DNA from: the human T2T-CHM13v2.0 reference genome, Homo sapiens
DNA length: 64,000 nucleotides
Reading direction: 5' to 3' (one strand)
Assembly (NCBI RefSeq): GCF_009914755.1
Contig: NC_060947.1
Below the pieces are notes generated by a model. The model worked only from the letters and a program-made list of their open reading frames with translations. It was not told the origin of the DNA and ran no database searches. Below, one piece after another: positions 35,001 through 48,694 of this stretch. Every line of letters starts with the position of its first letter. Position 1 is the first letter of the stretch. Both the position numbers and the translations under genes were made by a program.

Positions 35001-35500
35001 GAGGTCGCGAGCGTGTGCCCAGTCAGGGTCGGCTGCGGGTACTCGGCTTTGCGCTCTATTTCGTTGTGGTCTGGCTGTTGATCCGTAGGCACGCCTACGG
35101 CTATTCCATCATGGCGAGGATGGCGGTACTGTGGCGGAAGATGAGAGATAACTTCCAGAGCAAGGAGTTCCGGGAATACGTGAGCAGCACTCACTTCTGG
35201 GGTCCCGCGTTCAGCTGGGGCCTTCCGCTGGCTGCCTTTAAAGACATGAAGGCGTCGCCGGAGATCATCAGTGGCCGCATGACAACAGCGCTCATCTTGT
35301 ACTCGGCGATCTTCATGCGCTTCGCCTACCGCGTACAGCCTCGAAACCTGCTGCTGATGGCGTGCCACTGTACCAACGTGATGGCGCAGAGTGTGCAGGC
35401 CAGTCGCTACCTACTCTACTACTACGGCGGCGGCGGCGCCGAGGCTAAAGCCCGCGACCCTCCGGCTACCGCCGCCGCTGCCACCAGCCCGGGTTCCCAG
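34440..35500. promoter_or_regulatory. CpG-rich island over the MPC1L promoter and CDS
   Basis: High GC and many CpGs against AT-rich, CpG-poor flanks. Confidence 0.75.
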
Positions 35501-35521
35501 CCCCCGAAACAAGCTTCTTAA
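35111..35521 (+). CDS. MPC1L: Mitochondrial pyruvate carrier 1-like protein, intronless (136 aa)
   Basis: atcATGG start; [61 protein letters not shown]... with MPC1-family motifs [30 protein letters not shown]. Confidence 0.96.
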   Translation: MARMAVLWRKMRDNFQSKEFREYVSSTHFWGPAFSWGLPLAAFKDMKASPEIISGRMTTALILYSAIFMRFAYRVQPRNLLLMACHCTNVMAQSVQASRYLLYYYGGGGAEAKARDPPATAAAATSPGSQPPKQAS

Positions 35522-35654
35522 GAACTGAGAGGGCCTGATCTCATCTCTGCAGGTCACAAGCACTGAACTGCCATTCCTCCTGAAAAAAGACCAATGAAGA
35601 CCTCGGTTTTGACTCTAAAACAGTGCGAATCTGACTTAAACCTGCAGTTTGATT

Positions 35655-35660
35655 AATAAA
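35655..35660 (+). terminator. MPC1L polyadenylation signal
   Basis: AATAAA ~135 nt after the stop, T/GT-rich downstream. Confidence 0.75.
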
Positions 35661-36799
35661 GAAATACAAAGTAACATTGAACCGAAGTTGAGTGTTGCCT
35701 TTTTTGTAAACTGAAAATGTTTTTTAGAAGGGGAGGGTGGATTAGCTGGTCTTTCTCTTCACAGGACCTGCAACTCAAGATAGTTTATATGGGGGAGGAA
35801 GACTTTGAATGAAAAGCACTTCACAGTATTCACTAACTCGTAGCTTTTTTGTTTTTTTTTTAAAGCTCTCTTGGGAACGTATTTCTGTTACTTGTTTTGG
35901 ATGTCCAGAGCGAACAGGGTTGCTTAGTATCACACATGACTCACAGCTTGGTGCAGTCACAAATCTGTATATCAAAAAAAGTCTGGGGGCTCTTTCTACT
36001 GAGGGAAATGTTTCGAAGTGGGTTTTAAATGAATGTCGTGAGGTACAGTGTAGCCTCAAGAGAACCTAGGATCTCTTGGCGACGGAGAGCAATTATAGAA
36101 TCTGCCATGGAGACAGGATAAACAATTCTGAGGACAATTGCCATCAACCCTGGATTCTAGGTAAATAGGTAAAACGACAAAATCGTTCTTTCCTCCTTTA
36201 GTTATCCTTAAAAACGGGGGAAATGGCAGTTTGCAAAACTGGTTACCCATCAACTCTGTTGAATGCTAGCTAGAGCTGGGGGTGAGGGGTCAGTGGTCAA
36301 CAGCGGCAGCTCAGAGTATTCCCCTAGGAATCTTGGGGGTTCCTACGGATTCTTAAACCACAGAGCCGAGAAAAGGGAAACGAGAAGGGTGGGGTGGTGG
36401 GGCAGTAGGCTAAGGCCATTACCTACATAGCAGAGGCTGCCCTCTACGATTTGACCCAAAAATTTCCCCTGTCCCTGCCTCTGAAGGATGCGGAAAGTTC
36501 CAGAGTGTTTACTGGTGAACCCCAAAGTAGGTGTTTAGAAGTGTTTGAACCCTGCTTTAGATAGAGGTTTCAAATGCAAAGAAATTTAAAAGCACTATCA
36601 AAGATTCTGAAGACGTTAGTTCTTGGACAAAACAGGCACATTAGTGGAATTCTAGAAGATTCCCCTTTATCTTCTCTGGCATTAAAGCAGAAGTCCTCTT
36701 TGTGGGCAGTCTGTGTCACAGTTTCACGAAATTCTGCATGTGGGGACGGGGTTAGCGGGGGAGTGGGGGGTAAGGGGGTGGGAAACGAACTATGGGGGT

Positions 36800-37245
36800 A
36801 GTGTATTATCTATGGCCGTGTAATCACCCCAACACTTAGTTTAAAACAGTTATCTGACGTAATTTCTGAAGGTCAGGAATCTGGAAGTGATTTAGTGGGG
36901 GACTTCTGGCTCAGGGACTCTCAGCTGTCTGCTGGGGCTGCAGTCTCTGAAGATTTGACTGGAGCTGGAAGATCCGCTTCCAAGCTCATAGTTGTTTGTA
37001 GGAGGCTTCAGTTCCTTGTCATCTGGGCCTCTCCATATGGCTGCTTGTGACGTGGCTTCCCCCAGAGTGGTGTTCCAAGAGATAGCCCAAGATGGAAGTT
37101 CTAGCCTTTTACAGCTTCATCTTGGAAGTCACATACCATCACTTCTGCTGTGTTCACACAAAACAACTCTGGTACACTGTGGGAGGACAATATGAGGATG
37201 GGAAGCAGGCGTTGTTAGGGGCCATCCTGGATGCTGGCTACCACA
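36800..37245. mobile_element. MLT1-type LTR
   Basis: ggggctgcagtctctgaagatttgactggagctggaagatccgcttccaag...ggctaccaca. Confidence 0.7.
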
Positions 37246-38690
37246 CGTGGTGCTAAAATAAGAATTCTCACGCCTTTCTAGTAGTCAGTAGGAAAGTAAA
37301 GCATGTAAATTTGTTGCTTACCTTCCCAAAGAGAGGTCACAAAATGCTCAGTTTACAGTTTTGTGGTCATTGCTAACATGCATATATCATAGAGCATGGG
37401 TTTGAGAAGCAGAAATCTCTGGAAGATAACAGTGGGTCTTAATGTTTTAGATAATTCAGACTACAATGCAGTATTAAAAACCAGTGCTTAAAGTTATGAA
37501 ATGAGTAACTTTATATCCACTTCACTAATGATTTCATGAGTAGAAATTAATATATTTTTAGGTTGTCTTACAATATGCATTTTGTAATTTGAGTCTATTT
37601 CAATAAAAGGCCATTGTCTGTTGAAGACATTTCAGAGCCGGTAGGTTTCTAATTAACCTGGTGAGGGAAAAGGAGGTAATCTCTGCTGCTAATTTCCTAT
37701 TACTCTATACTTACAATTTAGAGGTCAAAACGATTCGAGGAAATATCCAAAAGATTGCAACACCTCCACAATAATGCAATGCTCCACTTACAGCATCTAA
37801 TTCATAATATGCCCACCCAACTAAGTTAGCTGGGTTCACTTAGACCCTTTGTTGTCTAGGATATTAGTGTTTAAAGCCAAGTAAGTAATTCATACTTTAA
37901 TAAAAATGAACTTTTTAAATCATTAGGGTAACAATCATTTCATAATCTTCCCAAACTCTCAAACGTAATCCTAACCTTGGCAATTTAAACTGTCTACAGA
38001 TCTCCACAACTTTATAAAACCAGTAACATTTTCTGAATTGGCAGAGCTAGTTTTCCAGTTTTTGTCACCAACACACTTTAGTCATTTCCCAGAATCAGGT
38101 GTTTTACTCTGAGTTGAATATGTAATGTCTTCCTCCTTAGGTACTCTGAGCTCCCTGGTGAAGAATAGGCTAAATCCAAAGAACTGCTTTATCTTTGCAA
38201 CTATAATGCTAATACCATTTTTTTCCTCTAATTCTTTCAAAACTATGAGCCACATATTGTGTCCCAGGGAGAGGCTGAGAACAAATCATATTGCTGGACG
38301 AAGACAAGCCTCTTCACGATGAAACAGACAGCCCTATGTAGAAAGTGATCCACTTGCTGGGCTTCTTCCCACGACCCTGACAATTTGCAGGTGACCCTGG
38401 AGGTGGAGCTACAAAATGGAGGAATGGAGGCTACAACATAGTCCAGGAAATGCGACACAGCCAGCTTGCAGTTTGAATTTATATTTTATTATTTTGAAAT
38501 ACAAAAATTTAAAAACATTTCAAAATACACCAGTACATGTTTGTTGTAAAAATTTCACCTAGGAGGATATAAAATAGAAAAGCCGAATATTCCTTCTAAC
38601 TCTCCCCTCTACCTCAATTCCCTTCAGAGGTAACACAGCAAAAAAAAACTGGGGAAAAGCAAACAACTTTCCAGACCTCTACTATTCTAA

Positions 38691-39063
<373 letters not shown>

Positions 39064-40561
39064 TAGTTAATATGTCTTAGAGATCACTGCATGACCACAG
39101 TGCAGCATCGCTTCATTCTTTCCAACAGTTGCATAAGATCCTGTAGTATGGATGTGCTACACTTTAACAGTGCTGCTGTACACATCCTGTTGTGCACACC
39201 CTTGTGCCCAGGTGCACAGTTCTGTTAAATAGAAAGATATGAACAGGTTGATGCCTCTATATATGATGCTACATTGCCTTAAAGCCCTCTCTAGGGCTTT
39301 AAAAAGTTTTCGGAACCGTATCTTTAACAGAGCGGACAAATCCAGTAAGATGACAGTTCGTATACCATCATCCATACCTTACACATCCTTGTATTTATAT
39401 CTACTTCAGTGGCTGGCACATGGTGGACCCTTGATAAAAGCTTCTTGGATAGATAGGCAGAAACTAACTAGACACAGGTATAAAATGGAAGCGTTCATAA
39501 CCCAAAGTTCCTAAAATTAGAAGTCAGATCTTAAATTGGTTAGTGAATCAAGATTCCATTTGATCCCAAGTTTTGTACCTCACATCTAGAAGCTCTGAAA
39601 TATTTCACTAAGTTTCCTCGTTTGGAAGAGTTGTGAGATGAATGAAATTTCTTTCTTTACTGTTGAAGTTTTCTCAAGGAATTTCATGAAATAAAGGGAG
39701 AAAGAAAATGTAAGACTAAAGACTAAATACTACCTGGACAGATTAAAGGAGGAAGTTACAGGCACATTTGCACTCATCTGGGCTTTACAAAGTGATATTA
39801 AGTGCATTTTAATGTAAAAATATACACCAAATAAACCCCTGCCCTCCACCCATTCTACAGATGACATCCTTGGTGGGCGGCTGGATAGGCACACATCTTC
39901 ACTGGGCTTGGAATGGAGCCTTTCCTGCAGGCAGTGAGGAACATGGCAATTCTGTTCCTGAAGGTCCACAGGCAACTTGACCCAGTTAAGTACCACTGGC
40001 CTTGGAAACAAGTAGATGCGGGGAAAGGCGAAAGTGAGGCCGACTCCACGGACCACTGCCTATGATGGGGCAGTCATTGCGCAGTTTGGGAAACCAGCAG
40101 GAGGAACTCAGGAGTGGATGACTTTAGGGGTAAAAGGTATAGAAGAAGCATGAACGAATGTGTGAATTTGTTGAAAGAAAATGATGTCTTTGAATTTCCA
40201 CAAGAATGTTGCAATTTCATTTTTAAATTTCGTAACAAAGGACCAGGCTTAGCTAATAGTATAACTAACATTTAGGCCTGTGAATACTCCCAAGCTATGA
40301 GGGGACCCTTCAGTCAAATATTCACTGAGCATGTGAGGGCCAGGCCCTGGGAGCTTACTTTTCAAAAGTGTACCATAAACCAGCTGCCAAGCGAGAAGCT
40401 CCCCTGCTCCTGCCTGACATCCCCGCTTGTAATGCTGGCCTGGGTCCTGCCTGTCCACTGGTCACTCGAGTCACCATTCTCCAGCTCCCCACAGACCAGC
40501 CTGGGCCCACCTCCTTGCCCTACTGCCTTAGGCTACTCCAACCTAGTAGTAACAGTTTTTG

Positions 40562-40845
40562 GGGTTTTTTTTTTTTTGAGACAGGGTCTTGTTCTGCTAC
40601 CCAGGCTGGAGTGCAGTGGCATGATCATAGCTCACCACAGCCTTGACCACCTGGGCTCAAGGGATCCTCCCACCTCAGCCACCTGAGTAGCTGAGAATAA
40701 AGGTGTGTGCCACCATGCCCAGGTAATTTTTAAATTTTTTTGTAGAGATGGGGTCTCGCCATCTTGCCCAGGTTGGTCTCAAACTCCTGGGCTCAAGTGA
40801 TCCGCCCACAGTGCTGGGATTACAGGCGTGAACCACTGCACCCAG
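40562..40845 (-). mobile_element. Alu (J-like)
   Basis: Antisense dimer, TSD agtaaca. Confidence 0.9.
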
Positions 40846-41073
40846 AGGCAGTAACATTTCTGTACTAATTGGAAATGACTAGAAAATCACCTTTCAGGCA
40901 ATGTTTCTTCTTGCTTTCCTCTAAAAAGGAAATATTTCTTTCCTATCCCAACATTTATATCCCAGCCCAGCCTTGGGGATCCTGGGTGAATAGGAATAGG
41001 ACTTGCCTGCCAGTGGGTGGAGCACTCCAGGTGAGCCTCTGGCACAGGCCTGGCCAAACACAGCCTTTACTAA

Positions 41074-41463
<390 letters not shown>

Positions 41464-42159
41464 TGGTAGCAAGTTTTGGCATAGAGTATCTAATATTTTT
41501 TATTGCAATAGATTATACAACCCCAAGTTTATAAATATTAAAATAGTTCCAAAGAGTTAGAGGAAAGTCCAGGACAAAACAACAAAAATTCCTTTTTGTT
41601 TGGGTACAATACTCTGGTAACTTTTTCCTTTTGCACAGAAAAGGATGTCTGAGATGGAAGCCATGCTGACTTTCACAGAACATGCCTGATTTTTGTTGAC
41701 GGGCAACCTAAAATGAAAGAGAATGTTTTATTTATTTTTTTTATTTGAGGGGGGAAAAAGTAAAATGCTGAAGACAGTTACTCATTTTAAGAAGTTCTCC
41801 TTATGGAAATTGACTAGTCAATTGCTATTAATGCCATGGTAAGAGCTAGGCATCAATGGTGTCATTTTAAGGCAGAAATGCTTTTTGATTATGTTATAAA
41901 GCTGATTCATTTAATTCTAGACCAATGACTTCAGGTGTATTTGGCTAAACAGGGAGTTGATGCTGAATTACTTCACAGACGTAAGAATCATTAAGTGAAG
42001 AACACAAACCTCAGTGTCCTTTCTTTGAAACAATAAGGACAAAGGCAAACTTCAGATTAGATTGTTGTGTGTTCATGATGGCCTCACATGAGAGAATAGA
42101 CATGAAAGAGATGAGGTGATTCTGTCCTTCTTTAACACCATCATCTGCCTGAACTCACC

Positions 42160-42318
42160 TCAGGCCTTCCTGTCAGGTGTTTGTCTCCCAGGTTCCTGTG
42201 AATCCAGTTTTTGATGTAGACAGAGGCTGTCTAGCTTCTGCATATCTTCTGTAAGGCCATTTCTAAGATCCTCATTGTTTCTCAGAAATTCCTTCACCAC
42301 TTCCAGTCGATTTGAGAG
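42160..42318 (-). CDS. CXorf38: CXorf38 last coding exon 6
   Basis: ttgcag|CTCTCA...GCCTGA; [52 protein letters not shown]. The six exons sum to 319 aa. Confidence 0.95.
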   Translation of the reverse strand, partial: LSNRLEVVKEFLRNNEDLRNGLTEDMQKLDSLCLHQKLDSQEPGRQTPDRKA

Positions 42319-42714
42319 CTGCAAGAGGAAACCATGCAATGTACAGCTTAGACGATTTTATAGCAGATTTGTAATTCAAATGAAAAACCTACTAGCTTCT
42401 AGACTGGCTCCTACTCACGTGCCCAAGAGACAGAAATCTTGGCTACAGGCATCTGTCCACAGACAGGTTAAAGTTTGAAAAACAAAACAAATCCTTTAAA
42501 ACAAAGCATCCTCCACTCAAAAAATAAAAAAGTGACCCAGGATAACTGGTTCTGGGGGTACACAAGGGAATATTTGCTTGTCTCCTTCCATTTTTTTGCT
42601 TTAAAACTTCCTGCCTTTACATGAAAGGGCTTCATTTTATACATACACACCCGTGTGTGTGTACAAATAAATAAAATGCCCTTTTCTTTTGAATTCTGTA
42701 CCTGAATTATTATA

Positions 42715-43142
<428 letters not shown>

Positions 43143-44529
43143 CGATGAATGCTTTTAAATGGGGAACCCTCAACTGCAAGTTAAGTCAGGGTTATATAAA
43201 TCTAATGAAGAAAAATAACGGAGCACCCTGCCCTAAGAGAGCAGTAGTTCTTAAACTGCAGAGCGTACATCACTGATTCCCATGCAGTAGGTCTGGGGTG
43301 GAACCCCAGCAAATACTCACGTTATCGTGAAGTAAGCAAATGAAAGAGCCAGATGCCAGATCATGGCTGCTGGGGATGGGAGGGAGGTGGACAGCTGTGG
43401 CCAGGACGCACGGGGAGCGGGGAGGGACAGGGAGGAGCTGCAGATGATCAAAGGGTTTCAGATTGGTCAGTAAGTAGACCGGGAATGTGCCCTTCAGGAG
43501 CTGGTTAATACACAGCTGGAAACTAGCCTAGAGCTCCTGCAAGATGCTTGGGCTTTAAATAATAAATCTGGAAACCAGAGACATGTGAAATGAAGATCAC
43601 ATGGATGACACTGTTCACAGCAAGCGTTAGGAACTGTGGGCACTGCATCGTTAGCTCTCAGTGACCGTGCCCGGTGCCCTAGACACACCTCAGGGTCTTC
43701 CTGAGGCTCTAATCAGATGTCCGTGATGGCACCAGCAGGGCCTGGGCACCACACGCATGATCACAGATGGACTTTTGCCCTCAGTGGGGTGCCCCTCCAC
43801 TTGAGCGGAGACTTTCTCACATGATAACCCAGGAACGGTGGTCCTTGTGCTGCTACCTCCTGACCCCCCCTGCAGACTCTCAGGACTGATGTGCTCTGTT
43901 CCACTTAGTTTCTTTTCTTTTGCTCATGGTTTCAGTTCTCTTTTCCACCCCAAATTGCCTTTCTTTCCCATTATCTTCAACAGGAGTGTCCCATAGCTGA
44001 CATTTCTTGAAACTTGTTTTCTCCTTTGTGAAATGCAACAAATGCATTTACTCTTGAAATGTGCTTAAGAGGTGTTCTGGCTGGGGTGATTATTTTAGCT
44101 TGGGGTTGGGAGGACGAATCAAAAGGAGGCTTTAAAAAAAAAGTATTAAGAACAGGGAAGGTTTTGCATGTTTATAGGTAAAGGGGGAAGAGAAAGTAGA
44201 GATGGAAAAACTGAAAGTACTAGAAAAATTTGGAATGTAGAAAATTCAGACTTGGACACTGAAGCCCAGCTTTGTCACTTAACTAGCTGTGTGACTTTGG
44301 CCAAGACATCTGACCTCTCTGAGCTTACTTTTAGGTATACAAATTAAGGATGATGATAACAACACCACCTAGGATTCTTATGAGGATCAGAAATAAGCTA
44401 CTAAAAGCACTTAGCAGCATCTCTGGTCCATTCCCTCCTTTTTAACTACATTCATTCAATAAATGTCCAATTTACTGACAGTCTACTACATGCTGGTCTA
44501 CTGTTGGAGGTAAAAGACGCTCGGCAACT

Positions 44530-45185
44530 TCACTCTTCCAGTCACCTAAGCCAAAACTCTTGGCCTTGCTTTGATCTCTTTCTTTCTCTCACATGCCACA
44601 TCTGCCCACCTTCACATCACCTCTACACTTCTACCTTCAGCCTGGCTACCACCATCTTTTACCTGGTCCACTGCAGTAGCCTCCTACCAGTCTACCTGCT
44701 TCTATCTCGGCCCCTCCCCTCCAGTACCCCGTAGTACCCTCACCACTGCAGCCAGTGGCTCCTTTTGTCATCCCAATGGCTCACAAGGCCCAGTAGGAAC
44801 TGCTTCCTCTCCCTCCATTTCTCTGACCTCTTCACCCACTATTCTTTCAAGTCCTCTTCCCCTAGATACATGCATGGCTAATCCTCACCTCCTTCAAGGT
44901 ACTGTTAAGTCTCACCTTCTCAAAGAGGCCACCCTAACTACCCTACTGCAACCTGACATTCGTCCCCACTCTGCCAATCCTGATCGCCCTCCCTCTGCTC
45001 TACACTGGATTTCTCCTTCTACTGCCCCACATCATTACCTTATTATGTTTACTGTTTAGTATCTGTCTCCCAGATACTAAACAGTATCTGTCTGTTTCAT
45101 TCACTGATGCATACCAAGCTTCTAGAACTGTGCCTGGCACACAGTAGGTGCTCAATAAAAATTTCTAGAATATAACGAATGAAGT
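44530..45185 (+). mobile_element. L2 3' fragment
   Basis: tagaactgtgcctggcacacagtaggtgctcaataaa 3' signature. Confidence 0.75.
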
Positions 45186-48070
45186 GCCATTTTCTATCCT
45201 TTCCCCAATGGCCTTGAGTACACACTGTCATCGTCCCTTGTCCCTAAGCTTCCCCACAGGTCTCTGTGAAGGTGGCTCCCTCACCAGGATTTAAGAAATC
45301 AGTCATGATTTTAAAGTCTGTGAAAATTATTTTCAAGTTTTTTAGCCACTAACTGTGCTCAATGTTCTTTAGTTGGATTTTTTTTTAACTCCCAGATCCT
45401 AACAGAGCAATGAGGGCTGGCAGGACTATGTGAAGGGCACTTAGGTGGCAGCCGAATTCTGGGGCAGATGAGCCCATGGCCGACACAAACTCCACATGTG
45501 TTACAAGGGGGCCAAGCAGCTGCTACTCCCATTTGGCTCCAAAGCAGAAAAAAAAATCTCACAGTCACAGCAATACATGCACAGTGTATTTTAATGTGAG
45601 CCCACTTTTTCTAATGTGCTATACCTTTAAGGGTCACCAAACGAATAGAAAATTGTGGAGATGGTGAGCTCTCTGTGGCACTCCATGATGTGTTTGCAGG
45701 AGCTGTCACACTGAATTACCACCATCAATCATTTTTCTCAACTTAGCTTTCTAACCCTACCCCTACATTTTTTGGCTGGTTGGTCTGTTTAAGAGATGGG
45801 GTCTCCCTACATTGCCCAGGCTGGTCCCAAACTCCTGGGCTCAAGTGATCCTCTCACCTTGGCCTCTGAAAGTGCCGGGATTACAGGCAAGAGCCACTGC
45901 ACCTCGCCTTCACCCCTACTGTTTTAACAAAAACAAGAAACAGGTCTTGATAACATTTATAACAAAAGTCCTGGGGTCATAATATAATCACTGTATTTCC
46001 TGATCCCGGGATGCACACTTTTTCCTATTGTAACGTCTCAAATGAGAATGCATCTTACCATTGATAGTGTCTTGTAATAAACTGGCAGCATTATTTTTTC
46101 TTTCTTAGAAGTAACTGAAATAATGGTATGTTTTACAATTGACAGCATTTTACATTCATTGAAATCTGGTCCTAACAAATCCTCTGACTTTGGCAACTAA
46201 CCCTAAAGAAGATGGAAAATCATATAGGGTACTGAACTTTCTGAAGACGTCAAATTTCATATATGTGGAAACCTGACCTCCAACTTTTTTGAGGTAACAT
46301 GCCAATCAATCCTCACATTTTGACCAACTGAAATATTATGAGAAATGCCATGGTCTGCTGAAGAGAAAGCATGAAAAATGAGAATTTATCAACTCCACCT
46401 AGAGACTCCACCCAGAAGACAAGCCAATTAATCCCTATTTCCTTTCTGTAAAACAGATAATGGGGGTTCAAAACGTACAGCTGCCAGCTCCTCATTATAT
46501 AAGATCTGCAGCACAGCAGGCGGGAAGCCACAGGATCAGAAGGGGGAGACCTGCGGGCCAGCCCTCAGACCCAGTGCAAGCTCCTTGGGGCCCTTGCCTC
46601 ACATGCAAAGCAGGGGATATAAGATGACTGCCAGGTTCCCTTCCAGCTCTCAACTGACACAAAATCCTGGCTCTAGCTTCTGAAAACAGCAGCAGAAAGA
46701 AAACTGGGGCTCTAATGGCATTATAAAATAAAGACAGAGGAACTCAAACACATGGATTTAGAAAAGAGAAGATAAACATTCTAATACATCATTTTAAATA
46801 CCTATGGTGTACCATGGTGGGCACACCCAAAAAACCAGGGGTACCAAGCCCTTGTGCTAAAGGGGCTCACCATGCTGAATAAAGCACCTGGATCAAAGCT
46901 GGAATGGTTAATACAGGCATAGTTATCTGCAAGGAGCACAGCTCCGTGAATTTGCATTTAATAAACTCTCCCTATGTTTAATGAGGTAACCAGCAAAACT
47001 ACTTTCCTTGGACAAGGAGGAATGGAGAGGTGAAATGATTTTTCCAATATCTCCTGGTGATCTAGAAGTCTAATCCAGCCAGTGCTGAAATATTTCTGAA
47101 CCTTACTGGAATATAATTCTACTACTGTTAATTTCTTTTATACCTTGCATGTGACAAAGGAGATTTGTTTCTCCTGTACTTGGGAGTTTAGACCATCATT
47201 AGTCTGCAGGTCCTAAACTAGAAACATTGATAATCCTTTAAACATTCCTCTCCCCACCTTCTCCACCCTTTTCCAGCCCCATGCCATGCTCCAAGTAATC
47301 TCCCTGGCCACCAATATCCATCGGTTCTGCTCAGGCACTGCCTCCAGAATCCAGTTCCTCCACAGCCCCTAGTTTCTGTTCTCTCTCACCTTCACACGAC
47401 TGCAAGAGCCTTCTGGGTAATTGCTAGCCACTCATCCAACCTCCAACTACCACAAGAGTTAACTTTCTAAAAGCTATATCTGATCCTATCTCCCTTTCTT
47501 GACTGCTTTTTGGGAATGAAGCCCAAACCCCGTGGCATGGCCTAGAAAACCTTTTGGCATGTGGCTCCAGCCCACTTTACCATCCACAAACCTGGCCATA
47601 GCTCGTGTGCTCACCTGTTCTTGCCCAGGCTCAGACTATCCTTTCCTGCTTTTGCAAGTACTGTGCCCTCTGCCAAGAAGAATCTTTTTCTCTTGCCAAT
47701 TTGTCAGACTCTTATTTGATTCTGTGAGCCACAGCTCAACAGCATCTTCTTGGCAAAATCTTTTTTGGCAATCCACCTGACCAGCAGAGAATGTCTAGAG
47801 CATTTTTTTCAGAATTCTATTGTAGCCTTTATCACATTTTTCCACTTTGTGGCACAGATTAGGCATTCAAATGTTTGCTGATGTGAAAGTGAAAATATTT
47901 GTTAAGAGGTAATATTACTCTGTGCCAAAAGCATATTCACACTTCTGGAAATTATTTAACTTATAAATCAAAAACACAATTAATTATTTGTTAAGATGAG
48001 CTACTCTTCCTCCCCAGAATCTTTCTTTGTGTTGTTAACTCACACAGAGCCTATAACACTTTTCTTTTAC

Positions 48071-48250
48071 CTCTTCAGGCAACACCTCTTGTTCTTCTGC
48101 TTGAAGATATATCTCTTGAAGTTTCTCCTTTAGTAACTGCATTTCTATTTCATTGACTTGGCTCTCACTCAGGTAAGTTCCCATTTCACATTCACACCCA
48201 TCTCGCTGATCTTCCTCGGGGATGTGAACAGCCCAGTCAGACGTCAACAG
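48071..48250 (-). CDS. CXorf38: CXorf38 coding exon 5 (180 nt)
   Basis: cctcag|CTGTTG...GAAGAG|gtaaaa; [60 protein letters not shown]. Confidence 0.95.
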
Positions 48251-48544
48251 CTGAGGGATTGCCACACAAATATATGAACTGATTTCATGAAGAAGGCATT
48301 CCACTGAATTACTCAAATAATTTATAATTAAACACAATGAACTGGATCCATATTAATAGTGCACTGTGACCACAGAAAAGCTTCTCAGCCCAGCATAATT
48401 ACAGATTTCATATTGGCATTCTTTCCCCTGCTTACATTCTAACACTTAGGTTAAATCTAATAAACTTCAAATTCTAAATGTGTGGCTGTTGTTGTTTTCT
48501 CTCTCTTCATTCTGTATGCCAGAACTATTAAACATGATTTTTAC

Positions 48545-48694
48545 CTGTTCTATTCTGGAGTATACTGCCACAATCTCTGGGATGTTCTTGAATTCATTCA
48601 GAAAATTTTGGATCTTCATCTGAAAATCTCGAAGCCACGTAGAAGATACTTTCATCTCTGAAGAGTGCATGATCTCATTACGACATTTAATTAC
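48545..48694 (-). CDS. CXorf38: CXorf38 coding exon 4 (150 nt)
   Basis: ctgcag|GTAATT...GAACAG|gtaaaa; [50 protein letters not shown]. Confidence 0.95.

Noticed and set aside
35015-35110. N-terminal extension of MPC1L in the ORF track
   Set aside because: Depends on a GTG start; the first ATG at 35111 has good context and gives the expected 136 aa
34904-35368. 154-aa ORF antisense to MPC1L
   Set aside because: GC-rich antisense shadow of a real CDS with no independent support
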